A model generated the notes under the pieces. That model saw only the letters and a program-made list of their open reading frames with translations. It did no database searches and was not told the DNA's origin. From assembly GCA_041746255.1 (NCBI GenBank), contig JBGTHM010000100.1, forward strand, positions 96,001 through 160,000: a stretch of DNA of 64,000 nucleotides, written 5' to 3'. A program made the translations under genes and the position numbers. This DNA is from Fibrobacteria bacterium (GTDB lineage Bacteria > Fibrobacterota > Fibrobacteria > UBA11236). Of the stretch, positions 28,855 through 37,750 are shown piece after piece. Each line of letters starts with the position of its first letter. Position 1 is the first letter of the stretch.

Positions 28855-29750
28855 ATTCTTCCCACCGTTATCCCATGTATTTCAAGATGCCTTATCCGCT
28901 CACTATGGCCGTGTGCCTTTCCATCACCATCGCTTTCTCTCAGGAAGCGTCTCCCGGCGAGGAAAATCGCGCCGCCCGTCATGAAGCGGGTGAGCAATGG
29001 AAGTCCACCTCGGGCCCGGAAAGAATATGGGAGAAAATCCTGCAATCCTTTCTCCTCAAACCGACGCCTGCCAAAGCCGGTAAGCGCGCCTATGTCGCGG
29101 AAGATTATGCCACGGCACTGCGGAAATACACGGAAGCCGGATTCGACCATCCCGGTTCGCAATCGCTGGCATATAATACGGGAAACGTCCATTACCGCCA
29201 GGGCCGCTTCGACGACGCCGCCCGTCATTTCGAGGAAGCGCTGAAAGGGACCAATGCGACCCTGGCCGCTAATGCCTATTACAATCTCGGCAATGTCTTT
29301 TTCCGGAAAGGGGAAGCGGCCGGGGAAGGAGGCGCGGAAAAAGCTTTAGCGGAATTTCGCGAAGCCTTGGCGCATTACAAAAAGTCCCTGGAAATTAAGC
29401 CCGAAAACGCCGAAGCCAAACGAAACATCGAAGTGACGCAGGCCCGTATCAAGGAGTTGCTGGAACAGCAGCAGCAAGATCCATCCCAGGGGGGCGGGGA
29501 GCCGCCTCCGGAGCCAAGCGAACGCGCTAAACAAATTCTGGCTCGCGCCATGCAACTTTCGGCGCAACGCAAATATTCCGAGGCCAAAAGCCTGCTGGAA
29601 GCGATAATTCGCGAAGACGAAACCGCCGCGAGTTTCAAATCGCATGTACAAAGGATTCAGGATGTACTCGATTTGCTGAGCGGTAAGATGCCGACTCCTC
29701 CCGAGTCCGGCGATCCACGCGCAAGACAAGAGGGGTTGGGTGTGATATGA
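28851..29750 (+). CDS. batC: BatC-like TPR protein
   Basis: TPR repeats (YNTGNVHYRQG, AYYNLGNVFF, YKKSLEIKPENAEAKRN). ATGA overlap with batB. Confidence 0.75.
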   Translation: MNSSHRYPMYFKMPYPLTMAVCLSITIAFSQEASPGEENRAARHEAGEQWKSTSGPERIWEKILQSFLLKPTPAKAGKRAYVAEDYATALRKYTEAGFDHPGSQSLAYNTGNVHYRQGRFDDAARHFEEALKGTNATLAANAYYNLGNVFFRKGEAAGEGGAEKALAEFREALAHYKKSLEIKPENAEAKRNIEVTQARIKELLEQQQQDPSQGGGEPPPEPSERAKQILARAMQLSAQRKYSEAKSLLEAIIREDETAASFKSHVQRIQDVLDLLSGKMPTPPESGDPRARQEGLGVI

Positions 29751-30322
29751 AAAGCCCCGCCTTTTTTCCCAAATCCCTGTCACTCCTATTTCTGGTCCTC
29801 GCTGGGGCGCTTTGCGCCAAATCGGCGGATATGTATTTCCACGGCGGAGGACATAAATATGTGCAGGGACGCATCCAGGAAGCTTCCATCGAAATCGAGG
29901 AAGGCGTGCGGGCACATCCTCAGGACAAGCGACTGACGGACTTTGCGGAATATCTACGAAAACTGAAAGACGAACAAAAGCAACAAGACGGCGATCAGCA
30001 ACAGAATAAGCAAGAGCAACAAGAGGGTCAAGACCAGGAGAAACCGGAAGATTCGGGCGAACAGGACCGGCAACAAGATAAACCGCCGGAAGACAAACCC
30101 GAGGATCAAGAAGGGAAATCCGATCCGAAGCCCGATGAAGGTTCAGAAAAACCGGAGGAGGAAAAGCCCAAGCCCGATGCCGCCCGGCCGCAACCGCAGC
30201 CCGGCGAAATGTCGGAGGAGGAGGCGGAACGTTTGCTGAGGGCTTTTGAAGCCGACGAAAAAGAGCAACGGAAAAAGGCGCCTGCGCCCGCACAAAGAGG
30301 GGGTGGCGATGTGGATTGGTAA
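29747..30322 (+). CDS. Gln/Glu/Lys-rich exported protein resembling the BatC C-terminus
   Basis: Signal peptide, low-complexity Q/E/K tract, MSEEEAERLL motif and a terminal DW. Confidence 0.75.
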   Translation: MKSPAFFPKSLSLLFLVLAGALCAKSADMYFHGGGHKYVQGRIQEASIEIEEGVRAHPQDKRLTDFAEYLRKLKDEQKQQDGDQQQNKQEQQEGQDQEKPEDSGEQDRQQDKPPEDKPEDQEGKSDPKPDEGSEKPEEEKPKPDAARPQPQPGEMSEEEAERLLRAFEADEKEQRKKAPAPAQRGGGDVDW

Positions 30323-30335
30323 TCGACGGCCACGC

Positions 30336-32117
30336 ATGCGCGTATCCCGGTTCGGCTTCGCTTTCCTGGCCATTCTATTTACGGTTCATCTGGCTTCAGC
30401 CGATTTTACCGCGGACGCGACCATTTCCACCAATCATGTGGGAACGGGCGAGCCGTTTCAGCTTTCGGTGCAAGTGGGGGTTACCAACGAAGATACCGAT
30501 CTTCCCTGGCCCATCGTGGAAAACCTGGAACCCTTCACAGTCGCCAAGGGCTCAACCACCGCCCAGTCCTCGGAAACCACCATCATTAATGGACGCATCA
30601 CCCGCAGAAACCGTTTTATCACCACCTTCACCTATACCTTGACCGCTGCGCAACCGGGTAATTTCCACATCGGACCCATCCGATACCGGTATGCGAATTC
30701 GGAACGTAACCTGGGCAGTACCACGGTACAGGTGGTCAAACGCGAGCCGGGTATCCGGCTGATTCCCAGCCTGAATAAATCCTCCGTCTTCGTAGGGGAG
30801 CAGTTGGTCTATACGCTGCGCATCATTCCCGGTCCCGGCGTGCAGAAAATCTCCCGCCCGGAAATCCAAAAGCTTATCGGCGACAAGTTCTGGTTCCAAC
30901 ATCTGGACGATAAAATCGATTCAAAAATCGTGAAAATCGGCGGTGAAGATACCCGCGTCTTCGACGTGCGCATCGTGCTTTTTCCCTTGCTGGCCGGAGC
31001 AGTCGACTTGCCGGGCATTCCGGTGGAATATGAACAGGCTACGCGCACCCGGCGACGCACCGGATCGGTTTTCGATTTCTTCGAAGACGATTTTTTCGGA
31101 GGAGCGGCGCAATCCCTTTCCGCCACCAGCCACGGACTCAAATTAAAGGTCGAACCTTTGCCCTTGCCCTCTCCCGACGGCTTCTCCGGAGCGACGGGCA
31201 ATTATAGCCTGTCGGCGCAGGTCGATAAATCATCTCTGCCTTCCGGCGACGCCTTTACCCTTACGGTCACCATCAAAGGCGACGGACAGCCCAAATCCAT
31301 TACCCAGCCGCAACTACCTGATTTAGGCGATTTCGAACTTTACGATCCCGAGGTAACGGAAAAAACCCAGGTGCAGGGGTCTACCCTCATTACTACCAAA
31401 ACATTCAAATATGTCCTGGTCCCGCGCCGTAGCGGATCCCGGAAAATCGACCCTTTGCAATTCCACTATTTCGACCCGAAAAAAGGCCGCTACGCTTCCG
31501 CCTCCTCGGAAACCATCCCCATCGAAGTCACACCGGGCAAGGATTTGGCCGAACCGGCGGGTGTGGTGTTATCGCAGCGGGAAATCACGGAACTGGGATC
31601 CGATATCCGGCATATCAAATCGGCTGGCGCGCCCCTGGCCATGGAAAACGGTTTTCTGCATAAGCGTTGGGGATTCTGGCTGCTTTTCGTCTTCCCCCCT
31701 CTGGGCTTTTTCGCCCTGCTGTGGCAAGGCAGGCGCCGCGCCAGGCTGGATTCCGACATCGGCCTGAGACGGAGACTCGGAGCGGGATCCGAATCGAGAA
31801 AGCGATTGCAATTGGCGCGTAAAGCCCTGGAAGGCGAGGATGCGCGTGAATTCCATCGCTTGCTTTCGTCGGCGCTTCAGGGTTACCTCTCGGATAAACT
31901 CGTCACGGAGTTCAAAGGCATGACGAGCGGACAGGAGCGGGATAGGCTCATGGCGGCGGGCGTATCCGAGAATACGCGCTTGCTTTATGACAAATTACGG
32001 CAACAATGTGATTTCGCACAATTCGCCGGCGCGCGTTTCGATAAACAAACCTTGCAAAAAACCTATGCGGAAGCCGAAACCGTCTTGAAAAGCCTGGACA
32101 AGGAGATACGCGTATGA
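30336..32117 (+). CDS. batD: BatD family protein
   Basis: Tandem BatD Ig-like domains (TTIING; VFVGEQLVYT; FSGATGNY; YFDPKKGRY) and a C-terminal TM helix. Confidence 0.9.
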   Translation: MRVSRFGFAFLAILFTVHLASADFTADATISTNHVGTGEPFQLSVQVGVTNEDTDLPWPIVENLEPFTVAKGSTTAQSSETTIINGRITRRNRFITTFTYTLTAAQPGNFHIGPIRYRYANSERNLGSTTVQVVKREPGIRLIPSLNKSSVFVGEQLVYTLRIIPGPGVQKISRPEIQKLIGDKFWFQHLDDKIDSKIVKIGGEDTRVFDVRIVLFPLLAGAVDLPGIPVEYEQATRTRRRTGSVFDFFEDDFFGGAAQSLSATSHGLKLKVEPLPLPSPDGFSGATGNYSLSAQVDKSSLPSGDAFTLTVTIKGDGQPKSITQPQLPDLGDFELYDPEVTEKTQVQGSTLITTKTFKYVLVPRRSGSRKIDPLQFHYFDPKKGRYASASSETIPIEVTPGKDLAEPAGVVLSQREITELGSDIRHIKSAGAPLAMENGFLHKRWGFWLLFVFPPLGFFALLWQGRRRARLDSDIGLRRRLGAGSESRKRLQLARKALEGEDAREFHRLLSSALQGYLSDKLVTEFKGMTSGQERDRLMAAGVSENTRLLYDKLRQQCDFAQFAGARFDKQTLQKTYAEAETVLKSLDKEIRV

Positions 32118-32899
32118 AAATCCGGGCCATTACTGCATTGTGGGCCGTTTTGCTCGCGGTAGGCGCCGTGATTTTCATGTCTCCGAGCGTAGCGCGCGCC
32201 GATGCGCAGCGAGCCCATGAGCAATTCCTTGCGGGTAACCAGGCCTATGAAGCCGGTGAGTTCCAAATGGCGGTGGATGCCTACCGCCGCGCGCTGGATG
32301 AAGGTTTGGTGAACAGTCGTCTCTATTACAACTATGGGAATGCCCTTTATCGGTTGAACCGGCTAGGCCCAGCCATTCTCTACTATGAAAGGGCGCTTAA
32401 ACTCACGCCCCATGACGACGACATCCGGCACAACCTCCGATTCGCCAACGCCCGCATCGTCGATAAACCGTCGGAGCCGGCCTCGAACGCGCTGACCCGC
32501 TTTCTCTGGAAGGTCCATGCCGGGTACTCGCTCAATCAGGGACTTTGGGCGTCCTTGGCCCTATTTTCCCTCATTTTCCTGTTCGCGGGCTTGCGAACCT
32601 ACCTTCCGAACTGGAAAGCCTTATGGACAATGGCACTGGTAGCGTGTCTACTGGCCATTGTGAGCTTCGTACCTTCCTTGACCTATCGCATATACGTGAC
32701 GGAAGCCGCCCGGCATGCCGTGGTTTTGGAGCCCACCCTGAATTTATACAGCGGTCCTGGTCGGAATTATGAGCTCCTGTCCAAAATCCACGAGGGGACC
32801 AAAGTGGAAGTGACCAGCGCGAAAGACGATTGGGCCCTCATTAAGCTGTCCAATGGTCTCGGAGGTTACGTTACTTTAGATGCTTTAGGACGCATATAG
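32114..32899 (+). CDS. batE: BatE (TPR + SH3-like)
   Basis: GNQAYEAG, LYYNYGNALYR, AILYYERALKL.P.D.DIRHNL, two TM helices and an SH3-like IHEGTKV. Confidence 0.9.
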   Translation: MKIRAITALWAVLLAVGAVIFMSPSVARADAQRAHEQFLAGNQAYEAGEFQMAVDAYRRALDEGLVNSRLYYNYGNALYRLNRLGPAILYYERALKLTPHDDDIRHNLRFANARIVDKPSEPASNALTRFLWKVHAGYSLNQGLWASLALFSLIFLFAGLRTYLPNWKALWTMALVACLLAIVSFVPSLTYRIYVTEAARHAVVLEPTLNLYSGPGRNYELLSKIHEGTKVEVTSAKDDWALIKLSNGLGGYVTLDALGRI

Positions 32900-33029
32900 T
32901 TTCCGTTCTACCCCCTGTTTTTCGCAAAATCATCCCTTATTGTCTCAAAATCCCCCGTTAGGGGCGAGAATTGAGTTCTTTGGAGCCCCCGCGGATTGCT
33001 CTTTTCCCGGGCAAGACCAATGTGACTTT

Positions 33030-33057
33030 TTGAAATGACCTTTTTCGGGAGTATATT
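33030..33057 (+). promoter_or_regulatory. Candidate sigma70 promoter of the fibro-slime gene
   Basis: TTGAAA, 16-nt spacer, TATATT. Confidence 0.35.
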
Positions 33058-33264
33058 TCACTCATAATCAGCTTGAGTACCCGTAAAAACGCCAATTCCG
33101 GATGAAATCCTAAGGTTGGGTAGAGTTATAATCAAGTAGGCGTATCCTAAAGCTGATTGGGGATTCCAATGAACACATCAAAGCAAACGACCTTGCCGCA
33201 AGGCAAGACTGAAGTATCCACCTGCTTACCTGGTACTCCAAAAATTATTATCAAGGAAATTGGC

Positions 33265-36200
33265 ATGAAATTGACCGTAGTGGGACTAACCCTCTTCGCG
33301 TTTTGCACCGGCGCTTTGGCGCAGAATAATCCTCCCTCCACTATCACCCTGCAAGCCAAACTGCGCGACTTCAAAGAAAGTCCCGATCTCGGCAAGGTGG
33401 TTGCGGGTCATCACCCCCATTTCAATGCTTGCGCGAGTACCGGATTGGCCGCGGGAAACATTGAGACTCAAATCAATGTGAATGGTCAATCAGATCCCCG
33501 ATTTGAAGGAGATAATCGCAATCCCAAGTTGAAAGTTCCCCTGAATTCCAATGCATGCCTTACCCCCGTCGAACGTTTCGAAGATTGGTTCAACGACAAA
33601 AGCTCCGACATAAACCGTGCCTTTCTCACCGAACTCCAATTTGTGCGTAATGATGTTACAGGTATGTACGAATACGGCAACAGCGCCTACTTTCCCCTGA
33701 ATAATGGAAAACTGAACCAGGCGGGTGGATACACAAAATTCGACCCAAGCGATCCCAACCCGTTCGGACACTTACAAAGTGGAATTGTGAATAACATTGA
33801 TCTTTCAAGCCGTAACTATGGTTTTACTCTGGAAATGCATACCAGCTTCGCATATCATGCCGGCGAAGGGCAGACCTTTCTTTTTCGCGGCGATGACGAT
33901 GTTTGGGTGTTCATAAACGATAAATTGGTAATTGATTTGGGAGGAATTCATTCAGCCTTGGAAAGAGTCGTGAACCTGGACAATCTGGCCGCACAACTCG
34001 GACTTGTAGACGGTGAAAATTATCCCCTCGACTTTTTCTTTGCGGAACGACGTGTCACTCAATCCAACCTTTTCATCACTACCAGTCTGGCCTTGGCTCA
34101 GCCATCGATTGTCGATAATATCACCGCATCCCCACCGGGCCACACCTTCCCTATTCAAACCCAGGTGACCCTGTCTACCCCGACTCCTGAGGTAACCATA
34201 CGCTATACGATTGACGGCAGCACTCCCGACAGCACCAGCACCATCTACACCGGCCCCCTCACTTTCATCGAAACCACCATCCTAAAAGCCATAGCCTATA
34301 AGGCCGGCTGGTTACCAAGCGAAGTGTTGACCGAGACTTATACCAAGGTTGCACCCAAGAGTAGTCTGCAAATCCTGAACGCTACAGGCCAACCCTTCGC
34401 CTCGGGCTATCTCACCCAAAATGACAATGCTTTCACCGTCCAGGTCACCACGTACCAGGCCGGACTCACCTCCATCTCCCCCACTTCGGCCACACAAATC
34501 AAAGGAGATAACCTCACACTCACCCTCTCCAATCCTGTCATCGGCAATACCATCGTGTATACCGGGACTGTTCCTTTCAAATCCAGTGACGATCCGGTAT
34601 CTATTGCCAATACACTGGAGGCTGCCTTTTACGACACGGTAACGGTAACCTGGGTCAATCCCAGCGATCCCACCGATATCGCCACCGCCAAAATGCCGGT
34701 ACGAGCGGCTCCGAAACAGGCAACGGCCTATTTTTCCACCAACCCCCAGGGAACAGACACTACGGACACCTATGTGGGAACAGAAGCCTTCCTCTATATC
34801 ATCATCGATGACCAGATTCTGCCTCCCGGGGCCGGCCAAGTTACCCTGACCACCACTCCTTTTTTGGGAGGCCAGCCCGACAATCTTATCCTGCCCCTGA
34901 CCCCGGTTGCGGGAACGCCTGGACGCTATAGCGCCACCATCCCTACAGACCTGCTTAACCCCGTGAATACAGCGGACGGCTTGTTACAACTGGCGCTGCA
35001 AGACGAAATAAAAGCCACCTACCAGGATCCCACCTCACCGACGGAGCCTCCCGCCATAGCTAATGCCGGGTTCGGCATCAAACCCGAAATTACCGCCCAA
35101 TTCGAGTTTACTGATGCGAATTACGTTCCCTTACCCCCCGGAATCCACTGGAGCCCCACCGAAGGTTTCATCTACCTTCGTTACCGCGACGACGTTTTTG
35201 ACGGCTCCATTACCACTAAGCAACTGAATGTGGTGGTAACCAACAACCAGGGTAAGGCTAAAGGCGATGAAGAAAAATCCACCCTCGTTCTCACCCTCAA
35301 TCCCGGCGCCACCCAGCAATCCACCGGATTCTGGTTCGGAAAATTTCCACTCAAAGATCTGCCCAATCCCGGCCTCGAGAATTCGATTGTGGAGACCTAT
35401 ATCCTGGGTGAGGTCACGGTAAGCGTTCCTACGCATAACAAATTAGGGACGGCAGGCCCGAATATCACGACCCAGCTTCGGGTTGCCTATCCCGATGAGA
35501 ACGAAGTACTGGCCCTAGTGAATACCGCGGATCCCGTCGCCGAAATTGAACGGGCCACCAACTCGATAACCGTAATCATCAAGGACCAGACTTATTCGTC
35601 GGTGCAGGACACCATCTTCGCCGACATGAGTTGCACCAATTCCGGAGATATTTTACGGAATGTCCGCCTGATCGAATCCGACACGCAACCCGGAACCTAC
35701 ACCTCGGCGCCCGTCGCAAAAAACGAGGGAAGCGTCGATACGGGCGACTTGGTCTTGACCTGCAAGGATACGGATGAAATCAAGCTGCAATACACCGATC
35801 AAGTTTACGGAAACATTCGCGAAATCGTGGTTCCCTTCGGTGGTCAGAGCGTCAATCTCAAACTCTATTATACCGAAAAGGATAAAACCCAGCCTATATC
35901 CTTCATCCGCGTCTCGCAGGGAAATTCCTTTATGGCCTGGGTGGAAGGACACAGCCCCCGGGTCAATCAAATCGATACCATCGCCATTTCCTTCACCACG
36001 GAGCAAGGGGAGAATGAAACATTTTACGCCGTGGAAACCGGACCCTTCACCCAGCTTTTCAAGGTTGAGGTTCCTTTCGCTTTCGTAGACGGAAAACCCA
36101 CCGTCAACAACAAGATTATCGATGCTCAACTCGTCAGCCAAACTTCCCTGGGGAGAGTGGTGGTAACCGGTAAGGTAACCCATAACGGTGTTACCCGTGA

Positions 36201-37503
36201 AGCGACAATCGTTCTGCAATCCGAATTCATCCTGGCCACCACCGCATATATCAAGGACGAGAATGGTAACGGCCGCGGTGATAAGGTGTACATCGTTTTC
36301 GAAAGCCCGTTAGCCGAATTGCCTGCGCAACTGGACAGCGTCTACTGGAACGAAGCCAAAAAGGAATTCGTCCAGGTCGCCGGAAAAAGCCGCCTCTCCT
36401 TTTTGGAAGGCAGCAACAATACAGTTGTAGTCGCCGATTTTACCGATTCGGAGTTCGGAGAAAACCTGACCTCCATTCCCGCAGGTGCGAACCCTTATGT
36501 CCTGCTCCCCGATAACCTGGTTTTTCTGGGGCAGAAAGTCGCCATCGCCGATTCGATCGGGCCGGTAATCATTACCGCGGTGAAAAAACCCGCTGACCTT
36601 ACCAACCCCAACTCCAGCAATCCTGAATTCAATCTCGATACCTTGGTGGTAAAGCTTTCTGAGCCTATCACGACCCAAACCGATTGGAACGAACTCCTGC
36701 GATTTTCGACGGACTGTAAGGATTACACCAATAGTTTCGTAATCAAGCCGAACGGAGACCCGGTTTTCGGAGACGGCGGCACTACCGTCACCATAGTAAT
36801 CAACAATGCCGATGGAAAATCCCCTCAACCTGGAAATTGCCTGTTCCTGAACACCGATGGACGCTATACCGACAAAGTCGGAAACATCCCGCCCGAGAAG
36901 GGGGTTAAGATTACAGGAGAGCCTGCCAAGCTGATATTGCAGGGCCTGCGGGGCTTCCCTCCCGTAGCCGGAATGGATCCGAGTAAGAACCCCGATAAAT
37001 TCATCTTCGCCATAAACGAGAAAATATCCGATACGGAAAACCCGAAGGGTTATACCGTTAAGGATGGCGACTCGCGTGTTGTGAATTGGATTCCTCCGGT
37101 GGAATGGCAAAAGAATTCAACCTTCCGACCCTTCATACCCGACAAGGTAACCGACGGCAGTCAGGGAGGCGATAATACTGGGATTCAGCCCATGCCTGTG
37201 AATGAGGTCAGCGCCGTCCAGGTTATTACCACGGGTAAATACATCGCCCACATAAACCTTTTCGACCATCTGGGAAACTTCGTAAAATCGTGGAGCCAAG
37301 CTTTCGGCTATCGAGGCGAATTGGCCAACCGGGACCGCATTGTTCCCAAGGGATTGGTAAGTTACCTGGTATGGGACATGAAGGACCATCGGGGCCAAAG
37401 GGCCGGACAGGGTGCTTATGTTTGGAAGGTGATTTTCACCTTCGAAAGCAACAAGCAGGAAGTCCGATATATCCGTACTGGAGTACTCAGAAGCGACGAC
37501 TGA
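33265..37503 (+). CDS. Fibro-slime domain surface protein with CHB_HEX_C domain and FlgD-Ig-like C-terminus
   Basis: AAGGAA RBS and signal peptide. Fibro-slime/PA14 motifs NYGFTLEMHT, FRGDDDVWVFIN, IDLGGIH and FFAER. CHB_HEX_C motif IRYTIDGSTP. C-terminal WDMKDHRGQRAGQGAYVWK. Confidence 0.9.
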   Translation: MKLTVVGLTLFAFCTGALAQNNPPSTITLQAKLRDFKESPDLGKVVAGHHPHFNACASTGLAAGNIETQINVNGQSDPRFEGDNRNPKLKVPLNSNACLTPVERFEDWFNDKSSDINRAFLTELQFVRNDVTGMYEYGNSAYFPLNNGKLNQAGGYTKFDPSDPNPFGHLQSGIVNNIDLSSRNYGFTLEMHTSFAYHAGEGQTFLFRGDDDVWVFINDKLVIDLGGIHSALERVVNLDNLAAQLGLVDGENYPLDFFFAERRVTQSNLFITTSLALAQPSIVDNITASPPGHTFPIQTQVTLSTPTPEVTIRYTIDGSTPDSTSTIYTGPLTFIETTILKAIAYKAGWLPSEVLTETYTKVAPKSSLQILNATGQPFASGYLTQNDNAFTVQVTTYQAGLTSISPTSATQIKGDNLTLTLSNPVIGNTIVYTGTVPFKSSDDPVSIANTLEAAFYDTVTVTWVNPSDPTDIATAKMPVRAAPKQATAYFSTNPQGTDTTDTYVGTEAFLYIIIDDQILPPGAGQVTLTTTPFLGGQPDNLILPLTPVAGTPGRYSATIPTDLLNPVNTADGLLQLALQDEIKATYQDPTSPTEPPAIANAGFGIKPEITAQFEFTDANYVPLPPGIHWSPTEGFIYLRYRDDVFDGSITTKQLNVVVTNNQGKAKGDEEKSTLVLTLNPGATQQSTGFWFGKFPLKDLPNPGLENSIVETYILGEVTVSVPTHNKLGTAGPNITTQLRVAYPDENEVLALVNTADPVAEIERATNSITVIIKDQTYSSVQDTIFADMSCTNSGDILRNVRLIESDTQPGTYTSAPVAKNEGSVDTGDLVLTCKDTDEIKLQYTDQVYGNIREIVVPFGGQSVNLKLYYTEKDKTQPISFIRVSQGNSFMAWVEGHSPRVNQIDTIAISFTTEQGENETFYAVETGPFTQLFKVEVPFAFVDGKPTVNNKIIDAQLVSQTSLGRVVVTGKVTHNGVTREATIVLQSEFILATTAYIKDENGNGRGDKVYIVFESPLAELPAQLDSVYWNEAKKEFVQVAGKSRLSFLEGSNNTVVVADFTDSEFGENLTSIPAGANPYVLLPDNLVFLGQKVAIADSIGPVIITAVKKPADLTNPNSSNPEFNLDTLVVKLSEPITTQTDWNELLRFSTDCKDYTNSFVIKPNGDPVFGDGGTTVTIVINNADGKSPQPGNCLFLNTDGRYTDKVGNIPPEKGVKITGEPAKLILQGLRGFPPVAGMDPSKNPDKFIFAINEKISDTENPKGYTVKDGDSRVVNWIPPVEWQKNSTFRPFIPDKVTDGSQGGDNTGIQPMPVNEVSAVQVITTGKYIAHINLFDHLGNFVKSWSQAFGYRGELANRDRIVPKGLVSYLVWDMKDHRGQRAGQGAYVWKVIFTFESNKQEVRYIRTGVLRSDD

Positions 37504-37520
37504 TTTCCCACTTTTACATC

Positions 37521-37553
37521 GAATCCTCCTCCGGTATTTCCGAAGGAGGATTC
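37521..37553 (+). terminator. Hairpin downstream of the fibro-slime gene
   Basis: GAATCCTCCT...AGGAGGATTC stem with no strong T tail. Confidence 0.45.
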
Positions 37554-37750
37554 CGATAGCCTCCCAGCCCCCCCAAAAACCTCCACCTCCAAAAATGGTC
37601 GTTTGAGTTTCCCTCCACAATTCTGCGCCAAAACCCGGCCTCCCCGCAAGCAACTCAAAATGCGTGTATTCGCCGTTTTTTCCCGCTATACTTAGGCTTG
37701 CAGAGATGTCCCTTGACCCGGAATACCCCGCAGTCACGGTGAGGTGACAA

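Noticed and set aside
29970..30200. Tandem repeat array
   Set aside because: This is low-complexity Gln/Glu/Lys coding sequence, not a regular DNA repeat.
33180..33240. c-di-GMP-I riboswitch
   Set aside because: GCAAAC and a GNRA hairpin are present, but the GACGCAAAG junction and the tetraloop-receptor arm are missing.
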